Assembly: GCF_001194135.2 (NCBI RefSeq)
Contig: NC_068982.1
Coordinates: 50,718,587-50,779,620, forward strand
Direction: 5' to 3'
Length of the DNA: 61,034 nt
DNA from: Octopus bimaculoides
Taxonomy: Eukaryota
This document shows positions 12,565 to 25,798 of this stretch, one piece after another. Under the pieces are notes generated by a model. The model had not been told where the DNA came from and ran no database searches. It saw nothing but the letters and a program-made list of their open reading frames with translations. The stretch's first letter is position 1. Each line of letters begins with the position of its first letter. Position numbers and translations under genes: made by a program.

Positions 12565-14049
12565 TTTAGTATTTGTACACACATCTATTCTTATTCGCTT
12601 ATTTTTATTTATATATTTATTTACATATTTATTGGCTTACTTCATTCGTTTACTTGGATCACTGACACGTATGGTTGTAATCAATTGATAAATAGATATA
12701 AGTGAGTGTTTACAGGCTGATGTTTGTCGATTGTTTATCCTCTCCATTTTCTTATTCGCCTTATAAATCCTAGGTAAATTTCTAATTTACCCCCACCCAT
12801 ACCTAGTATTCAATTGCGATATTGCTCTGCAATAGTAAGCACTTGGTTATAAATACGTAGGTATACATCCAGTAGTATATTGGATATTTAATATCCCTTA
12901 GATGGTTACTTAACCTCTAACTCATACAGTCATATATATATATATATATATATATATANNNNNNNNNNNNNNNNNNNNNNNNNNNNNNNNNNNNNNNNNN
13001 NNNNNNNNNNNNNNNNNNNNNNNNNNNNNNNNNNNNNNNNNNNNNNNNNNNNNNNNNNNNNNNNNNNNNNNNNNNNNNNNNNNNNNNNNNNNNNNNNNNN
13101 NNNNNNNNNNNNNNNNNNNNNNNNNNNNNNNNNNNNNNNNNNNNNNNNNNNNNNNNNNNNNNNNNNNNNNNNNNNNNNNNNNNNNNNNNNNNNNNNNNNN
13201 NNNNNNNNNNNNNNNNNNNNNNNNNNNNNNNNNNCGATCTTGTATATATATAATATATTGAATGTAACACAGATACACTGTGTAGATCGTTGCTCAAGAT
13301 TGTGTATGATTGTGTAAAAGGCGTCAATATAGAGTGTCTTATTTCATATTCCGACAATTGAGGAAAGTGAAACATTTTCAAAGTCATTCATCTTTGAAAT
13401 TTGAGACTCCCTGTGCATGAATGTTCATACTGTTTTATATTTATGTATTCATAAGTATCGGCTGTACTAGCTATATGCTATTGGCACGTATCAAAAATAG
13501 TGTTTTACTTGAATTACCCGCTTAAACAGGAGCAAATTGCATTCTGTTATGTCATTATCGCGTAGATATTTACCATAAAATGACTAAAAGATACCAATTT
13601 CTTCTGCTTTAGAATTCATGGTAATTTCCTTTTGATACGGATGAATGCCATCGCTTTATGCTACCTCCCTGCTATCGCTGAAGGAATAGTAGTTAAATTA
13701 TCATTTATATACATTTGCACAGAAAAAACGGTAAGTTCAATATACACGCTTATTTACAATCATAAATTTTAGGAATAGAATGTAGAGCTGATATGAGGCA
13801 TCATATAAATATCATTATATTTATCGATCCATTGAATTGTTCGCCGATTATGTGCAGAGAAGTTTTATTGTGACAGTAATTTGTAAGGAAACAATACATG
13901 TTACTGTTCTGTGTAAAGAACTTTGAGTAGTCTGTATCATAATATGCTCTTCCTATACCTCTTATATGAGTCATTCAAGGCTTACTTTTTGATGAACCAA
14001 AGAGTAAACTCGAAATATTGGCGAGAAACTATTGATAGCATATATAAAA

Positions 14050-14330
14050 CTAGCGGAGATGCCCGGCTTTACCCGGATGTCGAATATATAGAAACGTTTT
14101 CCTGAAACTTAAATCATTGCTAGTATGTTTTTCTGAAATGATTTTCTTTTTTTTATGTAATTATATTTGTATATATTTTCTTGTAATTCAGTGACATGTC
14201 GAAAGAATTATTTTCCGGTTTCTATGATGTATGAGGCTTTCTTACTGTGTTTGTTGATTATTTTGTGACATGAGATAATATTCCCTGTATGGTTTACGTT
14301 ATTTCTAAACTTATATATATAAAACAGGAA
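14050..14330 (-). mobile_element. Non-autonomous Helitron 3' terminus (5' extent uncertain)
   Basis: The minus strand reads ccgggtaaagccgggc hairpin, atctccg, CTAG, then T; same architecture as 22401-22428. Confidence 0.7.
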
Positions 14331-15099
14331 CAATTCTAATAATAAATGTTTTATTCAGCAAGAGCTCTGAGAGGAATAAACGTTCCGTGCTTTGGGGATT
14401 CAGTGCCTTCGTAAAATGATGTATACTTTGTATACTTGGTCCATCATGACAGCTTGTAGCACAGTGTACACTAAGAGGAAAAACATGGTCTAGTCAGTTT
14501 TATTTCACCAATTCTCAAGTATTGTCTCTGACACATGTTGACGATCAACGAAAAAGACACAGGAAACTGACGATGTTTGAACTGAAACAGCTTGTTGATG
14601 GGATGCGGAAATTTGTGGAATGACAGCATCTTCTCACTTAGAATAATTAGATATAAAACTAGTTTCAATCATAAGGCGCATGCAACAGTTATGAGAGCTA
14701 AATATTTAACGCTAGAGTTTTGGTCCATCCAAATTTCGAACTAACAAAATAGCCATTCCTACTTTCAATTAAAAAAAAGTTAGAAACATTGTTGTATAGT
14801 TAACAGCATGTTGATATTATCAGTGTTCTTTTGGAGAGCAAGGATGGCATGTTCAGAAGGCTACCAATGAATGGTTCTATAATTCCACTAGACAAGGATA
14901 AATTTTTTATAGCATTTCTTGGTGTGTGTTGATTATCGTTCCACATTTTTTAACGATGTACTTTAATGACTCCACTCACAGTGTTAACTGGTGACTGAAC
15001 AGTGTTTTAATTAAACGTTTGCAAACTGGGCTGATGAGACATCCCTGTTAACAGTAGGTGTAACTAGCATATCAGTATAAAATCGAAAATGAAACTTAC

Positions 15100-15215
15100 C
15101 CTTGTCTCTAAAAATATTAGTTTCATTGGGGCATGCTTTCAGCTCATCAGTAGGCGTAACTTCTGCGATGACAATCAGTGTTTTCTTGAAATCAGCACAC
15201 AGAATGACCTCAAAT
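15100..15215 (-). CDS. Candidate isolated internal host exon, product unknown
   Basis: Open frame FEVILCADFKKTLIVIAEVTPTDELKACPNETNIFRDK in non-repetitive sequence, ending at a consensus donor AAGG|GTAAGT. The acceptor is weak, with an alternative at atcgcag|. No neighbouring exons were found. Confidence 0.25.
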
Positions 15216-15264
15216 CTACACGTATATATGTATGGATATATGCATATATTTATATATTATTTAT

Positions 15265-15302
<38 letters not shown>

Positions 15303-15570
15303 NNNNNNNNNNNNNNNNNNNNNNNNNNNNNNNNNNNNNNNNNNNNNNNNNNNNNNNNNNNNNNNNNNNNNNNNNNNNNNNNNNNNNNNNNNNNNNNNNN
15401 NNNNNNNNNNNNNNNNNNNNNNNNNNNNNNNNNNNNNNNNNNNNNNNNNNNNNNNNNNNNNNNNNNNNNNNNNNNNNNNNNNNNNNNNNNNNNNNNNNNN
15501 NNNNNNNNNNNNNNNNNNNNNNNNNNNNNNNNNNNNNNNNNNNNNNNNNNNNNNNNNNNNNNNNNNNNNN

Positions 15571-15628
<58 letters not shown>

Positions 15629-16852
15629 CAAGTTTGAAGTGAAATCATGGAAGAATAAATTATCTTCTACTTTCCACGGTATCTTCAATAACTTAGTACT
15701 TAGTTTTTGGAGACATGACTTTTAAATATTGAGTTTTAATAAATATAAAGCAATATATGTGAATGAGTGTATGAGAGTTAAATGAGAATATGCGTGTGAG
15801 GAGGAGAGAGAGATTGATTCATGAAAGAATGAAGGAGAAACAAAATAGTTTGACATAACATACTGACTGTGTTTCTGTACTGCACACTAACAGTCCTTCC
15901 CCCTTACAACTTCCACTTTTCTTCATTTCTTTTTTTGCTTCATCCCTGTGTGTATTATTCCAAGTGAACCAATCTCAGATTTTTTTATGCATTCAAAATT
16001 ACAATTTTCACTCATCAAATAAAATGGCGCATTTTGCTATTTGTTATCCTAAAATTTAGGCTTGCATATTTATTTTTTTCAAAACATTATAATTTCAAAT
16101 ATTATCATTGAAATTGTTAATCAGATATCAGCATTGTCAAGAAGGTATTTTCTTTAGGTTCTGTCTTTTTGTCATTTAAATAGCAAAAATGAATACGTTC
16201 ATTACAATCGACTTTTCATGCCATCTTATAGAAAGCATCTGGTTTTCTTGTATAGTGAAAACGATATGATGAAACTGTATTTACGAGTTTTCTAATTTTC
16301 AATCTTAATTTACAGTTAGAAGATGAAAGGCGTCCATACTCTACAATAAATGAAAAAGTTAGTCTGACTATTACAATGACACATGAAAATATAATCAAAA
16401 TTGTTGAACAGAAGCAATATTAGGATTTTAGCAGAGCGATAGATTATAGTGTAATTTTAGTAATTAGTTAAAACATTACCTTAATCAGCATTAAATTTCA
16501 TTCTTACATGAGCGCTTATACCAAAATAAACATGTATAACATATGTTAAATTATGTGCGTATTGTCTGAAATATGTTTATGAGTATTCTCATACACTTGT
16601 TTGTATAATTTAGTTTTAAATAAATTTATCTAGAAACATGTTTGTATATACGCATATGTTTCGTACCTTACCTAAGACAATGAGCAGTATTTGAGTGCAG
16701 AAACTTTATGGCACATGTGTATGCCCGCATTAGGGTATATTGGGAAGCTAGAATTGGATAAAGAAATCTGTCATATACATAATCTTCGAAAATGAATCAA
16801 TTTTAAAGAGGAATCTAATGAAAGCAGAACAAACATCTTTGCTTATTTAAAC

Positions 16853-16990
16853 CAGTGGTTCTCAGCCAATTTTCACCTATAGACCCACTTTGATTCCTGT
16901 TCTGTTTTTAAGATAGATACGCGAGTAAAATTACTAATATCATTTTAAGATAGATACGCGAGTAAAATTACTAAAGAGAAACGAAAATAA
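16853..16990 (-). mobile_element. hAT MITE fragment, same family as 33169-33546
   Basis: cagtggttctcagccaattttcacctatagaccc matches the reverse complement of the right end of the 33 kb MITE. It contains a 32-bp direct duplication (ttttaagatagatacgcgagtaaaattactaa x2). Confidence 0.65.
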
Positions 16991-17129
16991 ACTTTAGAAA
17001 CAGCAACGCCACCATAGGTTATGTGGAAACGATGAACTTGTTTTCAAGGGAGATAATCAAAGAACGTAACATTGTAAGACTTCATGTAAAGTAAATATAA
17101 CAAATTAAAAATCCTTCAAGAATCCATAA

Positions 17130-17310
17130 AAATTCCCGGATCATTACCAAAATTTCATCATCTGTTCTTTGTGTCATTACCAACTTTTCCTGCAAATTTC
17201 ATCAAATACCGTTCACAACTTTTGAGTTATTTTGCACACAGACGGACAGACGGACAGATGGACAAACCAACGCCGATGAAAACATAACCTACTTCCTTAG
17301 CGGGGGTAAT
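17130..17310 (-). mobile_element. Helentron-associated (HINE/DINE-1-like) element fragment
   Basis: The minus strand starts attacccccgctaaggaagtaggttatgttttc, followed by a (ctgtccgt)n microsatellite and caaaataactcaaaaagttgtgaacgg..tttgatgaaattt, which is typical HINE layout. Confidence 0.6.
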
Positions 17311-17344
17311 TATACATATACATACATGTGTATTGATATGTATA

Positions 17345-18223
17345 TCAGGTCATTCCACAAGTTCTGTCCGAATTTTGAATAAAGAAAACAAGTGATCAAA
17401 TGTTATATTTAATTGTAATTTAATCATCAATGTACTTTCCCTGATTATCTATGGCTTCCTTCCATCTATTTACAAGCTTTTTAATCTCATCAACTCTTGC
17501 TTTCAAAGCGAAGAACTCTGAAATGTCAGTTTCGACCTTCTCCTGGCTTGCGAAAGTTATGTCCCCCAAATGATTCTGTAAACTACGAAGCAAATTGTAG
17601 TCTGAAGGAGCAAGGTCAGGAGAATAAGATGGATGAGGAATTTTTTCCCAAGAAAGCTCTTCGATCTTCTGTGATGTGATCTTTGCAGTGTGGGGTCGCA
17701 CATTGTCCCGATGAAACATCACTCCTTTACGATTCACTAAAGCAGGTCTTTTTTGCTTCAAAGCTTGGTTCAAATGCTCTAATTGCTGACAGTAGACTTG
17801 AGCATTGATTGTTGCATTAGGTCGTAACAATTCAAAGTGAATTAATCCTTTGCAATCCCACCAGATAGAAAGAAGAACTTTTTTCCCATGAAGTTCCCTC
17901 TTTAGTTGTGGTTGAGCTTTTTCCCTTTTACCAAGCTATTGTTTACGACGTTTGACATTTCGATAGAAGATCCATTTTTAGTCACCAGTCACAAGTCTAA
18001 CCAAAAAGGGTGAAATGGGTTCGGGAGAATGGAGAGAAGAGCAGACGTCAACTCGGGATTTGCGATTGCTTTCGGACAATTCATGAGGCATCAAGTTTAG
18101 GAACCTTCCCAAGTTGTTGAACAATACGATGAACAGCTGTATGGTTTGAACTAAGCTTTATTGCCAATTCTTCAACTGATAATGTAGGATTTTCTTCAAT
18201 ACCTCAACTTTTACAAATTTCAC
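17345..18223 (-). mobile_element. 5'-truncated DD34D mariner transposon (transposase pseudogene)
   Basis: One TIR after TA at about 17345. The transposase reads IEENPTLSVEELA, LVTGD.KWIFY, WWDCKGLIHFELL, HRDNVRPH, then 34 residues to YSPDLAPSDY, and NQGKYIDD. There are frameshifts and the second TIR is absent. Confidence 0.93.
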
Positions 18224-18225
18224 TA

Positions 18226-18482
18226 CCAGTGGCCTAGCATGTATAAAAGTCAATAGATGACATATTATTCATTAACCGAAAAAACAAGGTAAATTTTTTA
18301 TTTTTTTCATTCCCTTTGAAATTATTTCAATTTTGTCGATTTTTGGGGGGTTTTTGTCGTTTTGACCGTCTCCTTGCGTGTAGCAATTGCCTGTTACTAG
18401 TAATTTCTCTTTGTTTAAATATACACTATTTTAAATTGAATAATATGTCATCTATTGACTTTTATACATGCTAGGCCACTGG
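18226..18482. mobile_element. 257-bp MITE with perfect 46-bp TIRs and TA target duplication
   Basis: ccagtggcctagcatgtataaaagtcaatagatgacatattattca (18226-18271) is the exact reverse complement of 18437-18482; TA on both sides. Confidence 0.9.
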
Positions 18483-18492
18483 TAAAAGTTTA

Positions 18493-18529
<37 letters not shown>

Positions 18530-19481
18530 TCGATATTGCTCCAATCTGGCCAGCCCCAAGGAAAAACTAAGCTAAGAACATTAGATTCATACGCACACAC
18601 ACACACACATTCATATATACATACATACAAACATGCTTACATAGAAAGACACACACTCTTACATACACATAGTGATTTCAGCAGAGAACATCGACAGACA
18701 ATCAGAATGGCAGATGAGAAGATTGAGTATGAGGAAGTGGGAAGATAAACCTATTTCAGCATTTAACTTCAGTGTCATTTTATTATCGTGTTTGTTTAAA
18801 AAAATTTGCACCCGGGTTTAACTGTGCTAGATATTTTTTCACAAATTATGCTTAGATTTGAATTACAATTTGTTAGCATAATTTATTTTTTTAAAAATAT
18901 TTCGGTTTTTTTAACCTTAGCTCTTCTTTAGGTTTTAAACTCTCTAAATGTGGCTTGAAAACTACAAATTTCGTTGCCTGACCATACTACTTCATCTCAA
19001 ATACAACAGCGTGAAGTTAATGAGAATTATTCGCTCACAAACCATGAAATCGTTGGATTTAAGTTAAAGAGAGAGTTAATCTCTAAATATCAGAGAGCAT
19101 TAAACTATCATTATAGCAGAGATGATAAAATCTCTCTCAATTATCTTGTTACACTGACGTACCTATCAAATTACAAATGAACGTTTCTTAAATAATGTAG
19201 TGGCAGCGCCATTTGCCCTACTAGTATTTCCTATTTTAACGTGAAAATGTTTTTTTTTTGTTTTTTTTTTGTTTTTTTTTAGTTTTGTTTTTTTAGTTTT
19301 ACCAGAGAAAAAGTATAAAAAAATATTTTCTGAACTGTTTCGATGTATTTATCTAGTTTGTGTCATTGTTAAAGAAAAATTAAAATAGATGTTCATCAAA
19401 AAAAGATTAAAATAGACGTTCATTAACAAAAGATTGGAGATTAAAATTGACATTTTTAAATAGATACGACTGTTGTTAACA

Positions 19482-19760
19482 TTAGACCTAACTCATCGTA
19501 AAGTAAATACCACCATGACCAATATCCAAACTACACTGGAAAAGGCTAGCCACTGGATTTGGTTAAAAAGAGACGATGAGCGATGGCTAGAAGAATATTG
19601 AGCTTTATTTCATAACCAGCTGATCTAGCAAGCGGAGCCTCATATCAGTGAGGGGGCCGATGCACATTGATGCCGTCGAGAGGTAGGCCCCGAAACGACG
19701 CCTCCTGATGACCCCATACACTTGCTGCCTTCCGGTATGCGGAGCTCTCGACTGGTAACA
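19482..19760 (+). mobile_element. 3' end of a HERO-like (restriction-like endonuclease) non-LTR retrotransposon
   Basis: Reads LDLTHRKVNTTMTNIQTTLEKASHWIWLKRDDERWLEEY* (stop 19599-19601). The AEKAS.W.WLKR..W motif is the typical HERO C-terminus, followed by a GC-rich 3' UTR. Family assignment is from memory. Confidence 0.5.
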
Positions 19761-20465
19761 CTTGCATGTGCAAGTTGTTTGCAAAACATTGCGTGTTATT
19801 ATTTAGCCTCAAATCAGTTCGGACTTATCAGAACTACAAATAAACGTGTTTCAGATGTGACCATACCGTATCTACTTATCTATCTGTCTGTCTGTGTTTA
19901 TATAGTCAGGCATCTTCTTTCGTTTTAGGATGCTAGAATGAAATTGAAGAGCAACCGGCTGCAACTTTTAGCAAGTGAAGGGACCACATTGAGGATACTT
20001 TGTTGGCTCGTATTTCTTTGGTTAACTGCCAATACAGAAAAGAATCTTCGGCTCACAGACATTTTACCAAATTTATACCTTACCAAATAATAAGTTAATT
20101 ACACACTACAATCGAAACCAATAATGGCTAATTTGAAACTACCAAAATCTCTTTATCTGCCCACTCAGATGATTTTGTCTCTATGAAACGGTTGTGTATC
20201 AAGCATCTATAATAATTCTGGATTGTACTGAAAGGAATTACTCAAGCGATATATAAACACCTTCAAGGGACGTTAACAAACAACATATTCACTCATTTAG
20301 ATCAAAGATAGGAGAAATATCCACATCGTTTTCTCAACTCCCTTGGTAACATAGGGAGCACGGATTTAAAATCTCGCCCCACAATAACGATTGATATCAT
20401 GGTAATGCCTTTCATAGTTCATGGATTATGAAACTGTATATACATATACACATATGGATATATAT

Positions 20466-20499
<34 letters not shown>

Positions 20500-22626
20500 A
20501 CATACATACATATATANNNNNNNNNNNNNNNNNNNNNNNNNNNNNNNNNNNNNNNNNNNNNNNNNNNNNNNNNNNNNNNNNNNNNNNNNNNNNNNNNNNN
20601 NNNNNNNNNNNNNNNNNNNNNNNNNNNNNNNNNNNNNNNNNNNNNNNNNNNNNNNNNNNNNNNNNNNNNNNNNNNNNNNNNNNNNNNNNNNNNNNNNNNN
20701 NNNNNNNNNNNNNNNNNNNNNNNNNNNNNNNNNNNNNNNNNNNNNNNNNNNNNNNNNNNNNNNNNNNNNNNNNNNNNNNNNNNNNNNNNNNNNNNNNNNN
20801 NNNNNNNNNNNNNNNNNNNNNNNNNNNNNNNNNNNNNNNNNNNNNNNNNNNNNNNNNNNNNNNNNNNNNNNNNNNNNNNNNNNNNNNNNNNNNNNNNNNN
20901 NNNNNNNNNNNNNNNNNNNNNNNNNNNNNNNNNNNNNNNNNNNNNNNNNNNNNNNNNNNNNNNNNNNNNNNNNNNNNNNNNNNNNNNNNNNNNNNNNNNN
21001 NNNNNNNNNNNNTATATATATCAAAATATTTGTTTTTATTTTTTTTTACTTTTGCAATTCGTCAATTTCTGTACCACTTTTCCCATATAGTTGCAGTAGC
21101 TTTGATTTAATATATTTGAATTATTTGCTGGGTACGTTTGCGATAAAAGCTTCACTTTGTGGATTAGTTAAGATGTATTATTATGTGAAGTGTATCACAG
21201 TCTATTACTTACTTATTTGAGGTACGTGAGCCACTATAATTTGAGGTGAATTTAAAAGATTATATTACTTAAAATTTTAACACATTCCAAAACGCAACGA
21301 TGTGATTTAATAAACATAGCATGATTGTTGACGGACGTTTTTTTTTTCTGACACTTTTTAGATGTGAAATCAATGGAATATAAACAAAGGGAGGGGCTAA
21401 GAGAGAGACAGAAAGGTAGAAAGAGAGAGTGGCGGGGAGAAAGTGAAAGAGAGTATAATGAAGTGAGTAGACATATTTCGACTGCCTCTTTCGAAGGCTG
21501 ATGTCAACTAAGAAGATTCAAATAGTAGCTCAGCTGTCGGGCTTTCTCGATTGGCAGTCGTCCACTTCAGTTTTGTTTCTATCTCTTCCTGTTTACCGAT
21601 GTCCCGCTAACTTCCTGTTCGAAAAGGGTGATTTGAGATTGAAAATTTAACTGTTTAGCATTCAAATTACTCTGCCAAGTGTAACGATTATTATTCACAT
21701 TTTTTTCAAATGGTCGATCGTTATGTTGCAGCTTCGAGATTTCGATGATGTAATCGTTTATTTGTTTTTTTATATTTTACAATGAGATGATAGTGAAGGT
21801 GTAAGAGACCAGACTTGGACATTTGAACATAAAACAAGTAGAATATTTGGAACAGATATAACCAGTTTCGATGTTAAAATACTGAGAGAAAAAGATAAAA
21901 CTATTTAGTATTAATTCGCTTTTAGTTACTTTGTTGTTGCTTTTTTACGTCCAAATCTCTGAATAGAAATCATTGTAAATGTTCTCATTAATACAGTTAT
22001 GAATTCTAATGTATAAAGTTATTTTTGGGTCATTTTCTTATGAAATATTATAGTAATTACGGAGATGTACTTGCATAGATCGTGTGCTGGAAGGAAAACA
22101 ACTGCAGTGTGGAAGGTGTTTATAAGCCATTTAAGAAACACACAAAAACTGTTAGTTTCACTTCAACATTTAAATTTAATTTGTCAAAATATTTTCGTCT
22201 CTTTGAGACCGCGACCTGTTCACTGACAAAATTCCGTGCTGCATCTAGTAATTGTTCTGACATAACATTACATGTTCAACAGCCGAGAGGTGAGATAAAA
22301 GGAGACAAAAAATACAGCGTGAAAGGCAAGTGGCATTACATTAGCACTTATCCTGCGTACGTTTTAAAGTGAGGAACTGTATGTATAAATTTATTCAAAA
22401 CTAGCTAAATTACCCGGCGTTGCCCGGGATATTGTTGTTCTTATTCAAATTAATAAACAATAAATATGAAGATATATATTTTTTTGCTCATAATTATTTC
22501 AAAATATCTGTATTTTATTGAAAAATATCCAAATTGTAATGATAATAGAAAATAGAACTGAAAGGTCTGTCAATCTTGAAGCACCTCAGGGTAAACAATA
22601 TTCATTGTCTAATTTTTTGTTGGTGT

Positions 22627-23160
22627 CTAAATGAATAAACCGTTGCAGCTTCCAACTCGTGAGCAACCAGCATAGAGTTGGTCATGGGAGAAACATGTAT
22701 CAGTGAGATGAAGTCCATATACCTTGAGGGATTGACCCTGAGATTTGTTAATTGAAATAACATAACTTAGTTTGACTGGAAACTGAAGCTTCTTAAATTC
22801 AAACGGAACAACTATAGGTACGAGAGAAAAGTTTTGGAATAAAGACAGTTTTTTCTTTGTGACTACCAGGCAAGTTCCATTACACAGGTGATGTGGGTCA
22901 AGATTCCTATGCAACATAATGGGAGCATCCAGCTTTAATGTCAAGCTGTGCGGTGGCATCACAGTGGGTTTAAGTGTATTCAGAAATTCAGCAGAGTATA
23001 GGACAGCCTGATCTTGATCACATGTTGTGTTAATTGATGGAAAAGTCATTTCTGATGCATCTGTTAACTTTTGAAATTCATGATTGAGTTTATCAACCGT
23101 TTCATTTGTTGGAACCAGTATAGCACTTTCACATAGCCAGTTTACGTCAGTGTAATTGAC
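22627..23160 (-). pseudogene. Helitron Pif1-type helicase C-terminal fragment
   Basis: WLCESAILVPTN, EFLNTLKPTVMPPHSLTLKLDAPIMLHRNLD...LCNGT, QFPVKLSYVISINKSQGQSL, FSHDQLYAGCSRV. A segment is deleted after CNGTCLVV and several conserved residues have drifted. Confidence 0.93.
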
Positions 23161-23244
23161 AGTCACACATACATTAACGCACACATACTCTCTCACATGC
23201 ATTCACACACATATACTAAGACATACACACACAGACATACATTT

Positions 23245-23820
23245 ACGTAACGAACGCGCAAACACACACACACTCACAGACACATAACACTCATATACAA
23301 AATGTGCCGTCGTCGCCATGATATAAAATGTCCTTTAATATGCGGTACGTAAAGAACACGCAAACATACACACACTCTCAGACACATATACACTCATATA
23401 CAAAATGTGTCGCCGTTGTCGTCGTCATGCTATAAAATGCCCTTTGATATGTAGTATGTAAAGAACGTGCGAACACACACACTCACAGACACATACACTC
23501 ATATAGAAAATGTATCGTCGTTATCGTAGTATAAAATGTCCTTTACTATGTCGTACGTAACGAAAGCGCAAACAACGCACACTGACGGACACATACACAC
23601 TTATATACAAAATGTGTCGTCGTCGTCGTCGTCATTGCCGTCGTCGTCGTCATTGTCGTCGTCGTCATTGTCGTCGTCGTCATTGCCGTCGTCGTATAAA
23701 ATGTTTTTTACTATCTCCTACGTAACGAATGCGCAAGCACACAGTCACAGAGAGATACACACTCATATACAGAATGTAACGTCGTCGTCGTGATATAAAA
23801 TGTCCTGTTTTATAGTTGGC
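23245..23820. repeat. Minisatellite, about 5 copies of a roughly 110-120 bp unit
   Basis: Repeating unit tacgtaacgaa.gcgcaaaca...cacagacacat..actcatatacaaaatgt.(gtc)n..tataaaatgtcc; the fourth copy has an expanded (GTC)n. Confidence 0.92.
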
Positions 23821-24647
23821 TATAGAAAAGTTATTTTCGAGAAAATTTTATATTGTTTTAATTCAAATGAAAAAAACTNNNNNNNNNNNNNNNNNNNNNN
23901 NNNNNNNNNNNNNNNNNNNNNNNNNNNNNNNNNNNNNNNNNNNNNNNNNNNNNNNNNNNNNNNNNNNNNNNNNNNNNNNNNNNNNNNNNNNNNNNNNNNN
24001 NNNNNNNNNNNNNNNNNNNNNNNNNNNNNNNNNNNNNNNNNNNNNNNNNNNNNNNNNNNNNNNNNNNNNNNNNNNNNNNNNNNNNNNNNNNNNNNNNNNN
24101 NNNNNNNNNNNNNNNNNNNNNNNNNNNNNNNNNNNNNNNNNNNNNNNNNNNNNNNNNNNNNNNNNNNNNNNNNNNNNNNNNNNNNNNNNNNNNNNNNNNN
24201 NNNNNNNNNNNNNNNNNNNNNNNNNNNNNNNNNNNNNNNNNNNNNNNNNNNNNNNNNNNNNNNNNNNNNNNNNNNNNNNNNNNNNNNNNNNNNNNNNNNN
24301 NNNNNNNNNNNNNNNNNNNNNNNNNNNNNNNNNNNNNNNNNNNNNNNNNNNNNNNNNNNNNNNNNNNNNNNNNNNNNNNNNNNNNNNNNNNNNNNNNNNN
24401 NNNNNNNNNNNNNNNNNNNNNNNNNNNNNNNNNNNNNNNNNNNNNNNNNNNNNNNNNNNNNNNNNNNNNNNNNNNNNNNNNNNNNNNNNNNNNNNNNNNN
24501 NNNNNNNNNNNNNNNNNNNNNNNNNNNNNNNNNNNNNNNNNNNNNNNNNNNNNNNNNNNNNNNNNNNNNNNNNNNNNNNNNNNNNNNNNNNNNNNNNNNN
24601 NNNNNNNNNNNNNNNNNNNNNNNNNNNNNNNNNNNNNNNNNNNNNNN

Positions 24648-24693
<46 letters not shown>

Positions 24694-25289
24694 TTCATAC
24701 ATACATACATACATACATACATACGCAGACACATGCGCACACATCTTATCTTAAATATTCGAAATGTACTTTAATACCTAAAGGATGTTATGCATCGCTG
24801 CTAGAGTACGCATTGCTTGACAGGTGTGCTGTTAACATCTACACATTTCCCCGTTTCTTCATGAACGAAACAAAACAAAAAACGCACAAAAATCATGTAT
24901 CCAACGACCCCAGTTTCCAACTGTGAATACACTTCATTACAAATATCTTCGTTGACCCTATTTTAATATTGTACATGTAGTTAAGTGCAAAGGAATTCAT
25001 CCTCACCGCAAAGTGCTCTACAAAGTCTGTTTGATAAAATAATGAATATATTTATAATTTACTGCAACATGTTGTAGAAATTAAAACCATTCTTGTTATG
25101 TTTTAAGTTAGTGAAGGCATGGGGGTATGTTAAAATAAGTGTTTGTATTCAGAGATATCTTTAAGGTTTCAAAAGACGTATGTGGATGCATGTAAGTTTA
25201 TATAAGTACGTGTGTATAAAACACGCACTGGGAACAAACCCACTTCTAATCACTTAACTATAACGATACTATATGTCCGAAGTAAAAGC

Positions 25290-25545
25290 CACATTCTTCT
25301 ATCATAATTCAATATTTCTCATGGCATCAGCAGACAAAATAGAAAAGTCGATGCCCCGGAGGATAGCGAGAGAGATGCGGTGGAACAGTCACTCCGACTC
25401 GCGGGGCTCGCACTTGCGGACAACAATCTCTGCCCCAAAAGTAGTGAGCAGGGATATGGTCAAGGAGCCAAGAACCCCGGAAGTCTCAACTGCTATTATG
25501 TTTGAGGTTCGAACCCTGCAAGGGTTTACGATTCAAAGAAGTTTG
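25290..25545 (-). mobile_element. 3' fragment of a CRE-clade (RLE) non-LTR retrotransposon
   Basis: Minus frame IAVETSGVLGSLTISLLTTFGAEIVVRKCEPRESE*LFHRISLAILRGIDFSIL..RNIEL*, matching the CRE restriction-like endonuclease C-terminal pattern (AVET.G..G...PRE..WL.QRIS.AI.RGN). Confidence 0.7.
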
Positions 25546-25798
25546 ATTAAAAGAGTACAAATCATTCGCTGAGATCGACTCAAATGCACATATCTTTCTC
25601 TAACAAATTTATGGTCTTGTCACAGCGTAACTAGCTATGAGTATGCTAGTGAGCTGCGGATTGGCAATGTCTTTCAGAACGACGGACAAAATACTTGGAT
25701 TATATTTAATTAAAAACTTTTACATTCTGAGTTCAAATATCATCGAGGTAAATCCCGTTTTCATTTTACAAATTGAGAGATAATATTTACCCCCACTT

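Larger units (their letters stand above)
22401..23820 (-). mobile_element. Internally deleted Helitron: minisatellite, Pif1 helicase C-terminus and intact 3' end
   Basis: 3' hairpin cccgggcaacgccggg (22412-22428) plus CTAG|T (22401-22404), helicase remnant upstream. The 5' side runs toward the gap at 23879. Confidence 0.9.

Noticed and set aside
13585-16365. Other splice-site pairs (13.6 kb minus, 14.5-14.9 kb minus, 16.31-16.36 kb plus)
   Set aside because: They contain stops in phase-compatible frames or are too short; expected by chance in AT-rich DNA.
23245-23820. CRISPR-like repeat-spacer array
   Set aside because: Whole units are homologous with no unique spacers, the context is eukaryotic, and there are no cas genes.
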